NCBI GenBank assembly: GCA_902790015.1
Contig: CADAQF010000008.1
Span: forward strand, 13,920-77,919
DNA length: 64,000 nt
Source: an uncultured Eubacteriales bacterium
Lineage (GTDB): Bacteria; Bacillota; Clostridia; Christensenellales; Aristaeellaceae
Direction of reading: 5' to 3'
Position 1 is the stretch's first letter. Each line of letters starts with the position of its first letter. Position numbers and translations under genes: made by a program. The notes beneath the pieces are model-generated. The model was not told the DNA's origin. It did no database searches and saw only the letters and a program-made list of their open reading frames with translations. Positions 15,969 to 24,846 of the stretch are shown piece by piece.

Positions 15969-16415
15969 TTACGCCTGTGCGCTGCCGCAGCAGGGGGGCT
16001 CAGGCTTATCCCCGTTTTCCTGAGGAGCTTCTTCGGCGGCAGTTTCCCCGCTGCAGGGCGCGTCGGCTTCACAGGCGGCTTGTTCCGCCTCCCTGGTCTC
16101 CTCAGCCTCCTGCGCGGCCTTTTCCAGGTCGCAGATCAGGCTGTCCAGGCCCTCGCGGATGTCCTTGAGGGCGTCCAGGGGCATGCCGGCCATCACGGTC
16201 AGTATGTCTTCCTTCTGAAGGCCGATATCGCCGGCTTCAAAGGCCTGTTTGAGCTTTTCCACGGCGCCGCGGGTCGCCTGAGCGGCCTGCTCGTAGCTGT
16301 CCTTGCCCTTTTCGGCCAGCTGATCCAGCATCTCCTGGGATTTTTCAAGCCCGGTGCTTACGGCGCCGAAGCCGGCCATGACGATCTTTTTGAGGCTGTC
16401 CTTGATTTCACTCAT
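15969..16415 (-). CDS. phasin-like coiled-coil protein (COG3937-like) with acidic Cys-containing tail
   Basis: Internal ATG at 16415 forms an ATGA overlap with the rmuC stop. MSEIKDSLKKIVMAGFGAVSTGLEKSQEMLDQLAEKGKDSYEQ resembles phasin-family N-termini. The longer ORF upstream is Pro/Arg-rich and overlaps rmuC. Confidence 0.6.
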   Translation of the reverse strand: MSEIKDSLKKIVMAGFGAVSTGLEKSQEMLDQLAEKGKDSYEQAAQATRGAVEKLKQAFEAGDIGLQKEDILTVMAGMPLDALKDIREGLDSLICDLEKAAQEAEETREAEQAACEADAPCSGETAAEEAPQENGDKPEPPCCGSAQA

Positions 16416-17797
16416 GGGTCTTTCCTTTCCGGGGCGGACGGTGCCGGCCCCTGGTCGATGGGGGATAGGGCGGGGCTGCCGGTCAAAGAGGACGCGCCGG
16501 GTTCCGGCAGCGCCTCGGCGCTGCGCAGGCGGCTTTCGATGGTGCGGGTGGCGGCGGCCGCCCGGTCGATGCTCTCTGTAGCCTGCCGCATGCGGGCGCG
16601 GGCCGCTTCCAGCAGCTCGCAGAAGCGGGCAAAATCCTCCTGCAGGTGGTTGAGCGTCTGCCACACCTCGCGGGAGCGCTGCTCCACCTGCAGGGTGCGG
16701 AAGCCCACCTGCAGGCTGTTGAGCAGGGCGCTCAAGGTGGTGGGGCCGGCGATGATGACGCGGTATCTGGTCTGAAGCGTTTCACTGAGCCCCTGGATGC
16801 GCAGCGCCTCTGCGAAAAGCCCCTCCACAGGCAGGAACATGACCGCGAAATCGGTCGTGTGGGGCGGGCAGATGTACTTGCCGCTGATCCTTTTGCCCTC
16901 GGTCACAAGGGCATCCTCCAGGGCCTTGCGGGCGGCCCTGATCTGTTCGCGGCCGCCGTTTTCGTTTTCCTCCAGCAGCCGCTCGTAGGTGCTTAAGGGG
17001 AATTTGGAGTCGATGGGCAGGTAGACCTTTTCCCCGGTCCTGCCGGGCAGCACCACGGCGTATTCCACCCTGAGGGGGCTTTCGGGGACGACCTGGACGT
17101 TTTCTTCGTACTGCCCGGGGATCAGCACCTGGCCTATCAGCGCGCCCAGCTGCATTTCGCCCCAGATGCCGCGGGTCTTCACGTTGGTCAGCACCTTTTT
17201 AAGGTCGTCCACGCCGCCGGCCAGCGTCCGCATCTCGCCCAGGCCGCGGCTGACGGATTCCAGCTGGGAGGAAACGGCGCGGAAGCTTTCGGCCAGCCGC
17301 TTGTCAAGCGTCGTCTGCAGCTTTTCGTCCACCGTCTGCCGCATCTGGTCGAGCTGCCGGGCGTTTTCCTGCCTGAGGGCGTTCAGGGACTGATCCATGG
17401 TGTCCCGCAGCTTTTCCACCTGCGCGTCGGTCTGTGAAAGCCTTTGGGCCAGCGCCCCGGCCAGCTGGGCCGAGCGCGTTTCGCCGGCGCGGTCCAGCCG
17501 CTCTATCCGGCCGTCCATGGCGGTGAAAAGGGCCTGATGGCGGCGCTCGGTCTCGTCCGTTTCCAACGTCACCTGCCTGGACAGGTTGCCCAGCAGGCTC
17601 TGCGCCTCTTCGCGGGACATAAAGGAGCGGGCGTTTTTTTCATCCGTTTCGGCCTGCGCCCTCAAAAGCCTTTCGGATAAGGCGCGCAGCCTTCTTCTGT
17701 GGCTTATCGACTGCGCGATCACAAGCACGGTCAGCAAGGCCGTAAGCAAAACGGCGGCGGCCGCCAGATAAGGCGTCCAGGCGCTCGGATCGGCCAT
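16412..17797 (-). CDS. rmuC: DNA recombination protein RmuC
   Basis: 461 aa. N-terminal TM, a long coiled coil, then the RmuC nuclease-like core ...YICPPHTTDFAVMFLPVEGLFAEALR...VIIAGPTTLSALLNSLQVGF. Confidence 0.9.
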   Translation of the reverse strand: MADPSAWTPYLAAAAVLLTALLTVLVIAQSISHRRRLRALSERLLRAQAETDEKNARSFMSREEAQSLLGNLSRQVTLETDETERRHQALFTAMDGRIERLDRAGETRSAQLAGALAQRLSQTDAQVEKLRDTMDQSLNALRQENARQLDQMRQTVDEKLQTTLDKRLAESFRAVSSQLESVSRGLGEMRTLAGGVDDLKKVLTNVKTRGIWGEMQLGALIGQVLIPGQYEENVQVVPESPLRVEYAVVLPGRTGEKVYLPIDSKFPLSTYERLLEENENGGREQIRAARKALEDALVTEGKRISGKYICPPHTTDFAVMFLPVEGLFAEALRIQGLSETLQTRYRVIIAGPTTLSALLNSLQVGFRTLQVEQRSREVWQTLNHLQEDFARFCELLEAARARMRQATESIDRAAAATRTIESRLRSAEALPEPGASSLTGSPALSPIDQGPAPSAPERKDP

Positions 17798-17800
17798 GGG

Positions 17801-18400
17801 CTACACCTCTCTCCGGCCTTCCAGGGCCTTGGCCAGCGTCACCTCGTCGGCGTATTCCAGGTCGCTGCCCACAGGCACGCCGTGGGCGATGCGGGTCACG
17901 CGCACGCCTAAAGGCTTGATCAGCCGGGCTATGTAGGTGGCGGTGGCTTCGCCCTCTATATCCGGGTTGGTGGCCAGGATGACCTCCTGGATATCCTCCC
18001 GGGACAGGCGCTCCAACAGCTCCCGGATGCGGATGTCGTTGGGCCCCACCCCGTTCATGGGGGAAAGGGTTCCGCCCAGCACGTGATAGACGCCCCGGTA
18101 GTCCTGCATCCTTTCAAGCGCCGCCACGTCCCGCGGGTCCCTCACCACGCAGATCTGGCCGTTATGCCGGGCGTCGCTTGAGCAGATGGGGCAAAGCTCC
18201 TCTTCGGTGTAATTGCCGCAGGTCTTGCAGAAGCGCACGGCCTTTTTCCCCTGCCAGATGGCGGCGGCCAGCTCGTGCACCTGATCCTCCGGCAGGGATA
18301 CGATGTGGTAGGCCAGACGCTGGGCGGTCTTTTGGCCTATGCCGGGCAGGCGCGCCAGCTGGGCGGCCATGCGGGAAATGGGCTCGATCTGGCTGGCCAT
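17801..18400 (-). CDS. recR: recombination protein RecR
   Basis: LARLPGIGQKTAQRLAYH HhH motif, CxxC...CxxC zinc finger (CKTCGNYTEEELCPIC), Toprim region ICVVRDPRDVAALE...ATNPDIEGEATA. Confidence 0.95.
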   Translation of the reverse strand: MASQIEPISRMAAQLARLPGIGQKTAQRLAYHIVSLPEDQVHELAAAIWQGKKAVRFCKTCGNYTEEELCPICSSDARHNGQICVVRDPRDVAALERMQDYRGVYHVLGGTLSPMNGVGPNDIRIRELLERLSREDIQEVILATNPDIEGEATATYIARLIKPLGVRVTRIAHGVPVGSDLEYADEVTLAKALEGRREV

Positions 18401-18401
18401 A

Positions 18402-18737
18402 TCAGAACAGGCCGCCCATACCGGCGGGCGCCATGGAGCCCATGGTGTCCTCGCGGTCCTTGTCGGCGGCGCGCAGGGCCTCGTTGACGGCGGCCATCAC
18501 CATGTCCTGAAGCATTTCCACGTCCTCAGGGTCCACCGCCTCGGGCTGGATGGTGAGCTCCAGCAGTTCATGCTTGCCGGATACCCTGCATTTGACGGCC
18601 CCGCCGCCCGCGGCGGCCTCGTATTCCTTCTGCTCCAGGGCTTCCTGGGCCTGCGTCAGCTTTTCCTGCATTTTCTGGGCCTGGCGCATCAGCTGCTGCA
18701 TGTTGCCGCCGGGAAACCCGCCGAAATTGTTCCTCAT
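18402..18737 (-). CDS. ybaB: YbaB/EbfC family nucleoid-associated protein
   Basis: 111 aa. GNMQQLMRQAQKMQEKLTQAQEALEQKEYEAAAGGGAVKCRVSGKHELLELTIQPEAVDPEDVEMLQDMVMAAVNEAL. Confidence 0.95.
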   Translation of the reverse strand: MRNNFGGFPGGNMQQLMRQAQKMQEKLTQAQEALEQKEYEAAAGGGAVKCRVSGKHELLELTIQPEAVDPEDVEMLQDMVMAAVNEALRAADKDREDTMGSMAPAGMGGLF

Positions 18738-18869
18738 GGATATCTCCTCCTTGTGTTAACGGCCGCGCGGTCACAAGCGGCCTGATTGTCCGTTTGAACG
18801 GAGGCTTTCCTCCGTTTATGGGATTGTATCATAAAAACCGCGAAAGGAAAAGAAAAACCTTTTGGCTGA

Positions 18870-18898
18870 TTGACACAGGGGCCCCGCTGTGCTATCAT
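18870..18898 (+). promoter_or_regulatory. promoter of the FMN-riboswitch operon
   Basis: TTGACA (18870-18875), 17 nt, TATCAT (18893-18898), preceded by TGc. Confidence 0.6.
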
Positions 18899-18937
18899 GA
18901 TTTTCGGCGGGAGACCGCCGCAAACAGCATAGCCGAT

Positions 18938-19078
18938 AAAGTGTCTTTAGGGCAGGGTGAGGCCTCGGTGCCGATTCCCGACCGGCGGTATAGTCCGCGA
19001 CCCGCATCCTACATGGTGCGGCTGACCCGTGTGCAACTCCGGGACCGACAGTACAGTCTGGATGGAAGAAGACAGCCG
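18938..19078 (+). promoter_or_regulatory. FMN riboswitch (RFN element)
   Basis: GGGCAGGGUGA...AUUCCCGACCGGCGGUAUAGUCCGCGACCC...GGCUGACCCGUGUGCAACUCCGGGACCGACAGUACAGUCUGGAUGGAAGAAGAC reproduces the conserved RFN core. The closing P1 is GUCUU/AAGAC. Confidence 0.9.
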
Positions 19079-19100
19079 TGATACAATCCGGTGAATGTAT

Positions 19101-19144
19101 CCGCTCGCCTCTGAAGCACTTCTTTGGAGGCGGGCTGTATTATT
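19101..19144 (+). terminator. expression-platform hairpin of the FMN riboswitch (terminator or RBS sequestor)
   Basis: CGCTCGCCTC...GAGGCGGGC stem with inner GAAG/CTTC, followed by TGTATTATT and then the AAGGAGG RBS. Confidence 0.5.
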
Positions 19145-19161
19145 AAGGAGGTACATTCCCT

Positions 19162-19824
19162 ATGAAAAAGTATGATACCAGACGCCTGGTGACCCTGGCC
19201 ATGCTGGCGGCCATCGCCTTCGCCGCGGTGGCCTTCATCCGCATCCCCGCGGTCCAGTTCCTCAAGTACGAGCCCAAGGACGTCGTCCTCGCCATCACCG
19301 GCCTGCTGTTCGGGCCCGCGGACGCGCTGATGGTGACGGTGGTGGTTTCCCTGGTCGAAATGGTGACGATATCGGACACCGGGCTTATCGGCCTTTTGAT
19401 GAACGTCATTTCCTCCGCGTCTTTCGTGCTTGTGGCCTCCGCCCTGTACAAGAAAAACCGCACCCTCAAAGGCGCGGTCATCGGCCTGATCGCGGGCGTG
19501 CTCATCATGACGGCCGTCATGGTGCTGTGGAACTATCTGATCACGCCGATCTATCAGGGTGTGCCGCGCAGCGTCGTGGCGGGGATGCTGGTGCCCGTTT
19601 TCCTGCCCTTCAACCTGATCAAGGGCAGCCTGAACGCGGGGCTTACGATGCTTTTGTACAAGCCGGTCGTGCAGACGCTCAGAAAGGCCCATCTGGTGCC
19701 CGAAAGCGAAAAAAAGACGGCCGGCGGCCGCTCCGGCAGGGTGAGCGTTTACGTGGCGCTGGTGTCGGTGTTCGTGATTGCGACCTCCATCCTTCTTATG
19801 CTGGCGGTCGGCGGAAAGCTGTGA
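19162..19824 (+). CDS. ribU: ECF transporter S component for riboflavin (RibU-like)
   Basis: 220 aa, 5-6 TM. TRRLVTLAMLAAIAFAAVAFIRIP...KYEPKDVVLAITGLLFGP typical of ECF S components. It lies directly behind an FMN riboswitch. Confidence 0.85.
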   Translation: MKKYDTRRLVTLAMLAAIAFAAVAFIRIPAVQFLKYEPKDVVLAITGLLFGPADALMVTVVVSLVEMVTISDTGLIGLLMNVISSASFVLVASALYKKNRTLKGAVIGLIAGVLIMTAVMVLWNYLITPIYQGVPRSVVAGMLVPVFLPFNLIKGSLNAGLTMLLYKPVVQTLRKAHLVPESEKKTAGGRSGRVSVYVALVSVFVIATSILLMLAVGGKL

Positions 19825-20679
19825 TTGAACGTGCTGTATGAACTGACAGGGCCGGTGGTGCACGGCCGGGGAAAGGGCGCTGCGGCGGGCTTTCCCACGG
19901 CCAACCTGGCCCTCATGGAAGGGGAGCTTCTGCCCCCGGCCGGCGTGTACGCGACCCGCGCGGAGCTTTCCTGCGGGGTGTTTACGGGCGTGACCAACGT
20001 GGGCACCCGCCCCACGGCGGACAGCCGGGAGGACGTCACCGTGGAAACCTGGCTTCCCGGGTTTTCGGGAAACCTCTACGGGGAGCAGATCCGCCTTCAT
20101 TTCCTTCACTGGCTGCGCGGCATCAGCCGTTTTCCCGATATGGCCGCGCTCAAAAGGCAGATAGACCTGGACGCCCAGGAGGCGCAAAGCTGGGCCGGGC
20201 GCTTTCCTGACGGCATCGGCTTTTTCACCTTCTCGGCGGAGGAAACGCGCGGGCTTTCCCAAAGGCTGGCGCCGCTTCTTCCTACGGGCAGCGTCGTGGT
20301 GCTCAGGGGGGAGATGGGCGCCGGCAAGAGCGAGTTTTCCCGCGGTCTTGCCCGCGGCATGGGGATCACCGGCCCCGTGCCCAGCCCCACCTTCACCATC
20401 CTGAACGAATATGATGAAGGAAGTCTTCCTTTTTATCATTTCGACTGGTACCGGGTGTCGGACGAAGAAGAGCTGTTGGAAATAGGCGCGCCCGACTATC
20501 TGCCGGGCCGGGGGGTGACGGCGGTCGAATGGGCGGAAAGGGCAGAGTCCCTTCTGCCGGCTAAAAGGCTCGAGGTTTTCCTGCAGCCCGTCGGCGAAAA
20601 CGCCCGGCTGATCCTCTTTTCCGCCCTGGGCGGGGCGGAAAATCCCGCGCTCCGATTGAAGGAGGATTTCTCATGCTGA
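19825..20679 (+). CDS. tsaE: fusion protein: riboflavin kinase domain + tRNA t6A37 ATPase TsaE
   Basis: Residues 1 to about 125: VVHGRGKGAAAGFPTANL...GVY...NVGTRPT...VETWLPGFSGNLYGEQIRLHFLHWLR (RibF C-terminal kinase pattern). Residues from about 133 to 284: LRGEMGAGKSEF...VPSPTFTILNEY...YHFDWYRV...AVEWAE (TsaE/YjeE). Single ORF. TTG at 19825 follows the ribU stop directly (alternative GTG at 19831). Confidence 0.85.
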   Translation: MNVLYELTGPVVHGRGKGAAAGFPTANLALMEGELLPPAGVYATRAELSCGVFTGVTNVGTRPTADSREDVTVETWLPGFSGNLYGEQIRLHFLHWLRGISRFPDMAALKRQIDLDAQEAQSWAGRFPDGIGFFTFSAEETRGLSQRLAPLLPTGSVVVLRGEMGAGKSEFSRGLARGMGITGPVPSPTFTILNEYDEGSLPFYHFDWYRVSDEEELLEIGAPDYLPGRGVTAVEWAERAESLLPAKRLEVFLQPVGENARLILFSALGGAENPALRLKEDFSC

Positions 20680-21368
20680 TCTTTGCGCTGGATACCTCCG
20701 GCCCCACCGCCGGGGTGGCGCTGAACCTGGACGGCGGGACGGTCTATGAGGCCGTCGTCCGCAACAAGCTGACCCACAGCGAATCCATCATGCCCATGGC
20801 GGAGGAGGCCTTTTCCCGCGCCGGCTTTTCGGTGAAGGATACGGATTATTATGCCGTGGTCACCGGCCCCGGCTCCTTTACCGGCGTCCGCATCGGCGTG
20901 ACGGCGGTCAAGGCGATGGCGCACGCCGCGGGAAAGCCCTGCGTGGAGATCCATGCCCTGGAAGCCATGGCCAGGAGCGCCGGGTATCCCGGAGGCTTTG
21001 TCTGTCCCATGCAGGACGCCCGGGCGGGGCAGGTCTACGCCGCGCTGTTTGAAGGGGCGGAGCAAAGGCTGACTGACAGGCCGGCCGCCCTTGCCGATAT
21101 GCTGGAAACGGTTTTTGCGCAGGCCGGAAACAGGCCCGTGCTTTTCACCGGCGACGGCATGCTCGCCCACCGGGACGAAATAAAGGACCTTTACCAAGGC
21201 GTCTGCCTGCTGGCGCCGGCGGAAAGCTGCTTCCTGCGCCCCGCCGCCGCCGCGGCCCTGGCGGCGGAAAGGACGGACCGCGCCGTGCCGGACGCCAACC
21301 TTCATCCCTATTACCTGAGGCCCCCGCAGGCCGTGCGGCAAAGGAACCTGGTGGAACGCTATGGATAA
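20673..21368 (+). CDS. tsaB: tRNA t6A37 biosynthesis protein TsaB (YeaZ)
   Basis: MLIFALDTSGPTAGVAL...HSESIMPMAEEAF...YAVVTGPGSFTGVRIGVTAVKAMAHA. RBS GAAGGAGGA. Confidence 0.9.
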   Translation: MLIFALDTSGPTAGVALNLDGGTVYEAVVRNKLTHSESIMPMAEEAFSRAGFSVKDTDYYAVVTGPGSFTGVRIGVTAVKAMAHAAGKPCVEIHALEAMARSAGYPGGFVCPMQDARAGQVYAALFEGAEQRLTDRPAALADMLETVFAQAGNRPVLFTGDGMLAHRDEIKDLYQGVCLLAPAESCFLRPAAAAALAAERTDRAVPDANLHPYYLRPPQAVRQRNLVERYG

Positions 21369-21870
21369 GAAGGAAGCATCAGGCGTCCTCATCCGCCGCA
21401 TGACCCTGTCAGACGTGGACGCGGTGTTTGAAATAGAGCGCGCCACCTTTCTTACGCCCTGGTCCCGCCGGGACTTTGAGCATGAAATGACGCAGAACGT
21501 CTGCGCCAGGTATTTAGTGGCCGAAAAGAACGGAGCCATCGTGGCCTTCGCCGGGGCGCACATCATCCTGGACGAGGGCCATATCACCAACATCGCCGTC
21601 AGCGCTCCCGAAAGGGGCCTGGGCATCGGCCGGAAGATCACCTGGGCGCTGCTTCAGTACGCTTCGAACCTCGGCGCTTCCTACCTGACGCTGGAGGTGC
21701 GCGAAAATAACGAGCCCGCGAAAAACCTCTATCGCTCACTGGGCTTCGTCCGCGTCGGCATCCGGAAAAAATACTACGAGGATACCGGCGAGGACGCCTG
21801 GATCATGGTCTGCGACCGCCTGCCTCCCGCGCAGGAAGGATTCGAGGAGCCCGAAACCGTGAGGGAATGA
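21361..21870 (+). CDS. rimI: ribosomal-protein-alanine N-acetyltransferase (GNAT)
   Basis: IRRMTLSDVDAVFEIERATFLTPWSRRDFEHEM...ITNIAVSAPERGLGIGRKI...LTLEVRENNEPAKNLYRSLGF. Overlaps tsaB, the usual tsaE-tsaB-rimI context. Confidence 0.85.
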   Translation: MDKKEASGVLIRRMTLSDVDAVFEIERATFLTPWSRRDFEHEMTQNVCARYLVAEKNGAIVAFAGAHIILDEGHITNIAVSAPERGLGIGRKITWALLQYASNLGASYLTLEVRENNEPAKNLYRSLGFVRVGIRKKYYEDTGEDAWIMVCDRLPPAQEGFEEPETVRE

Positions 21871-21962
21871 TTCTTGCTCCCCCCAGCCAATTCCTGAACC
21901 GTCTGCGGCGTCATTCATGGGCGGGGCAGCTTCGGGAAACCCGCCGCCGTGCCCTCATTTTC

Positions 21963-21995
21963 CCCGCCGTCCTTCCTGACGGCGGGCTTTTCGTT
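21963..21995 (+). terminator. rho-independent terminator after rimI
   Basis: CCCGCCGTC cttcct GACGGCGGG followed by CTTTTCGTT. Confidence 0.7.
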
Positions 21996-22024
21996 CGCCT
22001 TCCGTTCATGGGCAGAAATTCCGA

Positions 22025-22053
22025 TTGACGTTTTTTCCTTAAAAAGCTATAAT
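22025..22053 (+). promoter_or_regulatory. promoter of the small-protein-secDF unit
   Basis: TTGACG, 17 nt, TATAAT. Confidence 0.6.
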
Positions 22054-22090
22054 GATACGGTATTTTTGCCGGAAAGGGGGAGGACGCGTT

Positions 22091-22429
22091 TTGAAAAAGA
22101 GCATCCTGGGGCTGTCGTTCGGCGTGCTGCTGATGCTTTTGATGTGCGCGGCCATGATCTCTCCCCCGGCACAGGAGGAAACCGCTGCGGCGCCCCGCGT
22201 GCCGGAAGGAAGGGCCATGTTCCTTCTGCCGTCCTGCCCGCCTCCCGCCGCGCAGGAAACGGAAAAGCCGAAGCAGCCGGCGCAGAAAATGCATATAGCG
22301 GCTTCTGCTTTGCAAAGCGGCCGGACGCCCGTCCGTCTGAGCGCTGACGCCAATGGCGTCCCCATCCTGGAGGTCACCTACCGCCGCTCCAATTTCCGCG
22401 CCTTCCATTTTTCGGACGAGGCCGGGTAG
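22091..22429 (+). CDS. hypothetical small secreted or membrane-anchored protein
   Basis: TTG start 7 nt after GGGGGAGG. N-terminal hydrophobic segment KKSILGLSFGVLLMLLMCAAMI, then a Pro/Ala/Gln-rich region. No family recognised. Confidence 0.5.
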   Translation: MKKSILGLSFGVLLMLLMCAAMISPPAQEETAAAPRVPEGRAMFLLPSCPPPAAQETEKPKQPAQKMHIAASALQSGRTPVRLSADANGVPILEVTYRRSNFRAFHFSDEAG

Positions 22430-22492
22430 GAGCTTCCTTCCCGCCCCGGATGAAATACCCTCAGTAATATAATGAAAGAAGGACGAGTGTTT

Positions 22493-23842
22493 ATGTCAAA
22501 GCCTCAAAAAACGCGCAAGCCGATGGCGAACAAGACCAAGGGCGCCATCGTGCTGTGCGTGATGCTGTGCATTACCGTGGTACTGGGCATCCTGTCCGTG
22601 ACAGGCATGACCCTGCCGCCGGATGGGCTGTATAAGCTCCTGCCCTGGGTGCCCACCAGCGCCGAAAAGTGGCCCGAATCCATCGACCTGGGGCTGGACC
22701 TGCAGGGCGGCGTCTTCGTTGAATACTCCGCCGCCAAGCCCGAGGATATGGACGACGGCATGTTCTCCTACCTGGTCAGCAGCACCATGGACGTCATCCG
22801 CAACCGTCTGACCGAGAAGGGCTACACCGAAGCCACCGCTTCCGCCCTGGGCGCGGACGGCATCCGTGTGGAGATCCCCTCCGTGACCGACCCCAACGCC
22901 GTGCTCGACCTGATCGGTTCCCCGGCGCTGCTGGAGTTCAAATCCCCCGAGGGCGATACCTTCATGACCGGCTCGAACGTCCGCAACGCCTACGCGACCA
23001 CCAAGCAGGAAAACAACAGCATCGCCAACAACTTCGTGGTCGCCTTTGAACTGGACGCCGAGGGCACCAAGCTGTTCGCCGATATGACCAGCGCCAACAT
23101 CGGCAAGACCATCGCCATCTACCTGGACGGCCAGCAGATCATGAACCCCACCGTCAACTCGGCCATCACCGAGGGCCGCGGCATTATCGAAGGCCAGTTC
23201 ACGCAGGAGCAGGCCCAGGCCCTGGCCATTCAGATCCAGTCCGGCGCCCTGCCGCTGACGCTGACCCAGCAGAAGGTGGACACCATCTCCGCCACCCTGG
23301 GCGTGGACGCGCTGCAGACCTCTCTGACCGCGGCCGCCATCGGCATCCTGCTGGTCATGCTGATCATGATCATCCGCTACCGCCTCAGCGGCGTCGTCGC
23401 CTCCTGGGCGCTGATCCTCTACATCATCATCCTGTTCTGGTTCGTGGCCATCCTGCCCGGCTTCCAGCTGACCCTGCCCGGCATCGCCGGCGTCATCCTG
23501 GGTATCGGCATGGCGGTCGACGCCAACGTGGTCATCTTCGAGCGCTTCGGTGAAGAGCTGGCGCTGGGCCGCAACACTAAGGCGGCCGCCCGCATGGGCT
23601 TCAAGAACGCCTTCTCCGCCATCCTGGACGCCAACGTAACCACCCTGATCGCGGCCATCGTGCTGATGATCTTCGGCACCGGCTCCGTCCGCGGCTTTGC
23701 CAACATGCTGGCCCTGAGCGTGGTCTGCTCCATGTTCACCGCCATCATCATCAGCCGTATCCTGCTTACCAACATGATCAAAGTCATCCCCGACAAGCCC
23801 GGGCTGTTCTCGGCCAAGGCTCTTAAGAAGGAGGCGCAGTAA
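22493..23842 (+). CDS. secD: protein translocase subunit SecD
   Basis: Large periplasmic domain, then the 6-TM block ...GIAGVILGIGMAVDANVVIFERF. ATG at 22493 preferred over 22472 because only it has a purine-rich RBS. Confidence 0.9.
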   Translation: MSKPQKTRKPMANKTKGAIVLCVMLCITVVLGILSVTGMTLPPDGLYKLLPWVPTSAEKWPESIDLGLDLQGGVFVEYSAAKPEDMDDGMFSYLVSSTMDVIRNRLTEKGYTEATASALGADGIRVEIPSVTDPNAVLDLIGSPALLEFKSPEGDTFMTGSNVRNAYATTKQENNSIANNFVVAFELDAEGTKLFADMTSANIGKTIAIYLDGQQIMNPTVNSAITEGRGIIEGQFTQEQAQALAIQIQSGALPLTLTQQKVDTISATLGVDALQTSLTAAAIGILLVMLIMIIRYRLSGVVASWALILYIIILFWFVAILPGFQLTLPGIAGVILGIGMAVDANVVIFERFGEELALGRNTKAAARMGFKNAFSAILDANVTTLIAAIVLMIFGTGSVRGFANMLALSVVCSMFTAIIISRILLTNMIKVIPDKPGLFSAKALKKEAQ

Positions 23843-23843
23843 C

Positions 23844-24764
23844 ATGAAATTGCAAAAACGCGCCAGAACTTGTCTGTGCATTTCCGTGGGCCTCATGCTG
23901 CTGGCCCTGATCCTTTCCATCTTCGGCCTGGGCATCAACCGCGGCATCGACTTTGAAGGCGGCCTTTCCATCGTCTACAAGATGGGCGGCGCCTTTGAAA
24001 ACGCCGATGTGGAAACGGCCCTTAAAAACGCCGGCATCTCCGAGTACCAGATCGCCAAGGCCGGCGCCGACCAGTCCGAGCTGCAGCTGCGCATCAAGGC
24101 CCTGGAGGGCGAAACGGCCGTGCATGAACTGCGCGAAAAGCTGGAAGCGGAGCTTTCCGCCAAGTACACTGAAATGAAGACCAACGAGGCCACCGTGTCC
24201 TATGTGGGCGGCGTCGCCAGCGGCACGCTGCTCAGGAACGCCATCTGGTCCGTGGTGGCTGCCGCTGCCGCGATGCTCATCTATATCGCGCTGCGCTTTG
24301 ACTTCAACATGGGCGTGGCCGCCGTATTCGGCATCGTGCACGACGTGCTGATCATGCTGTCCTTCATGGTGTTCGCCCGCTCCTTCGTGCAGATGAACTC
24401 CACCTTCATCGCCGCCATGCTGACCATCGTCGGCTATTCCATCAACAACACCATCATCATCTTCGACCGCATCCGCGAGAATCACCGCAAGGCCGCCTAC
24501 GCCAGTCTTGCCCGCGAGGAGGTCGTCACCATCTCCGTCAAGGAGAGCCTGGGCCGCACCATCAACACGACCCTCACCACCCTGGTCACCATCCTCTGCC
24601 TGTACATCCTGGGCGTGGCCAGCATCAAGGAATTCGCGCTGCCCATCATCGTCGGCATCCTGGCCGGCGTGTACAGCGCCAACCTGATCAACGGCTACAT
24701 CTGGGCCGCGCTGACTGAGCTGCGCGCCAGCCGCGCCGCGCAGAAGAAGGCCGCCAAGGCATAA
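23844..24764 (+). CDS. secF: protein translocase subunit SecF
   Basis: GIDFEGG start motif, ...IVHDVLIMLSFMVF...GYSINNTIIIFDRIREN. Follows secD by 1 nt. Confidence 0.9.
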   Translation: MKLQKRARTCLCISVGLMLLALILSIFGLGINRGIDFEGGLSIVYKMGGAFENADVETALKNAGISEYQIAKAGADQSELQLRIKALEGETAVHELREKLEAELSAKYTEMKTNEATVSYVGGVASGTLLRNAIWSVVAAAAAMLIYIALRFDFNMGVAAVFGIVHDVLIMLSFMVFARSFVQMNSTFIAAMLTIVGYSINNTIIIFDRIRENHRKAAYASLAREEVVTISVKESLGRTINTTLTTLVTILCLYILGVASIKEFALPIIVGILAGVYSANLINGYIWAALTELRASRAAQKKAAKA

Positions 24765-24780
24765 CACTTCATCCACCGGG

Positions 24781-24812
24781 GAGGCCGTCCGTAAAAAGAC
24801 GGCCTCTCTTTC
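24781..24812 (+). terminator. possible weak terminator after secF
   Basis: GAGGCCGTC cgtaaaaa GACGGCCTC followed by TCTTTCC (poor U-tract). Confidence 0.4.
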
Positions 24813-24846
24813 CATATCGATTGCCGGAAGAAAGGAGGCCTTTTTC

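Noticed and set aside
18794-18825. Hairpin AACGGAGG ctttc CCTCCGTT upstream of ybaB, considered as a terminator or SRP-RNA fragment.
   Set aside because: There is no U-tract on the minus strand and no SRP RNA domain-IV motif. It sits between divergent promoters and cannot be assigned a function from sequence.
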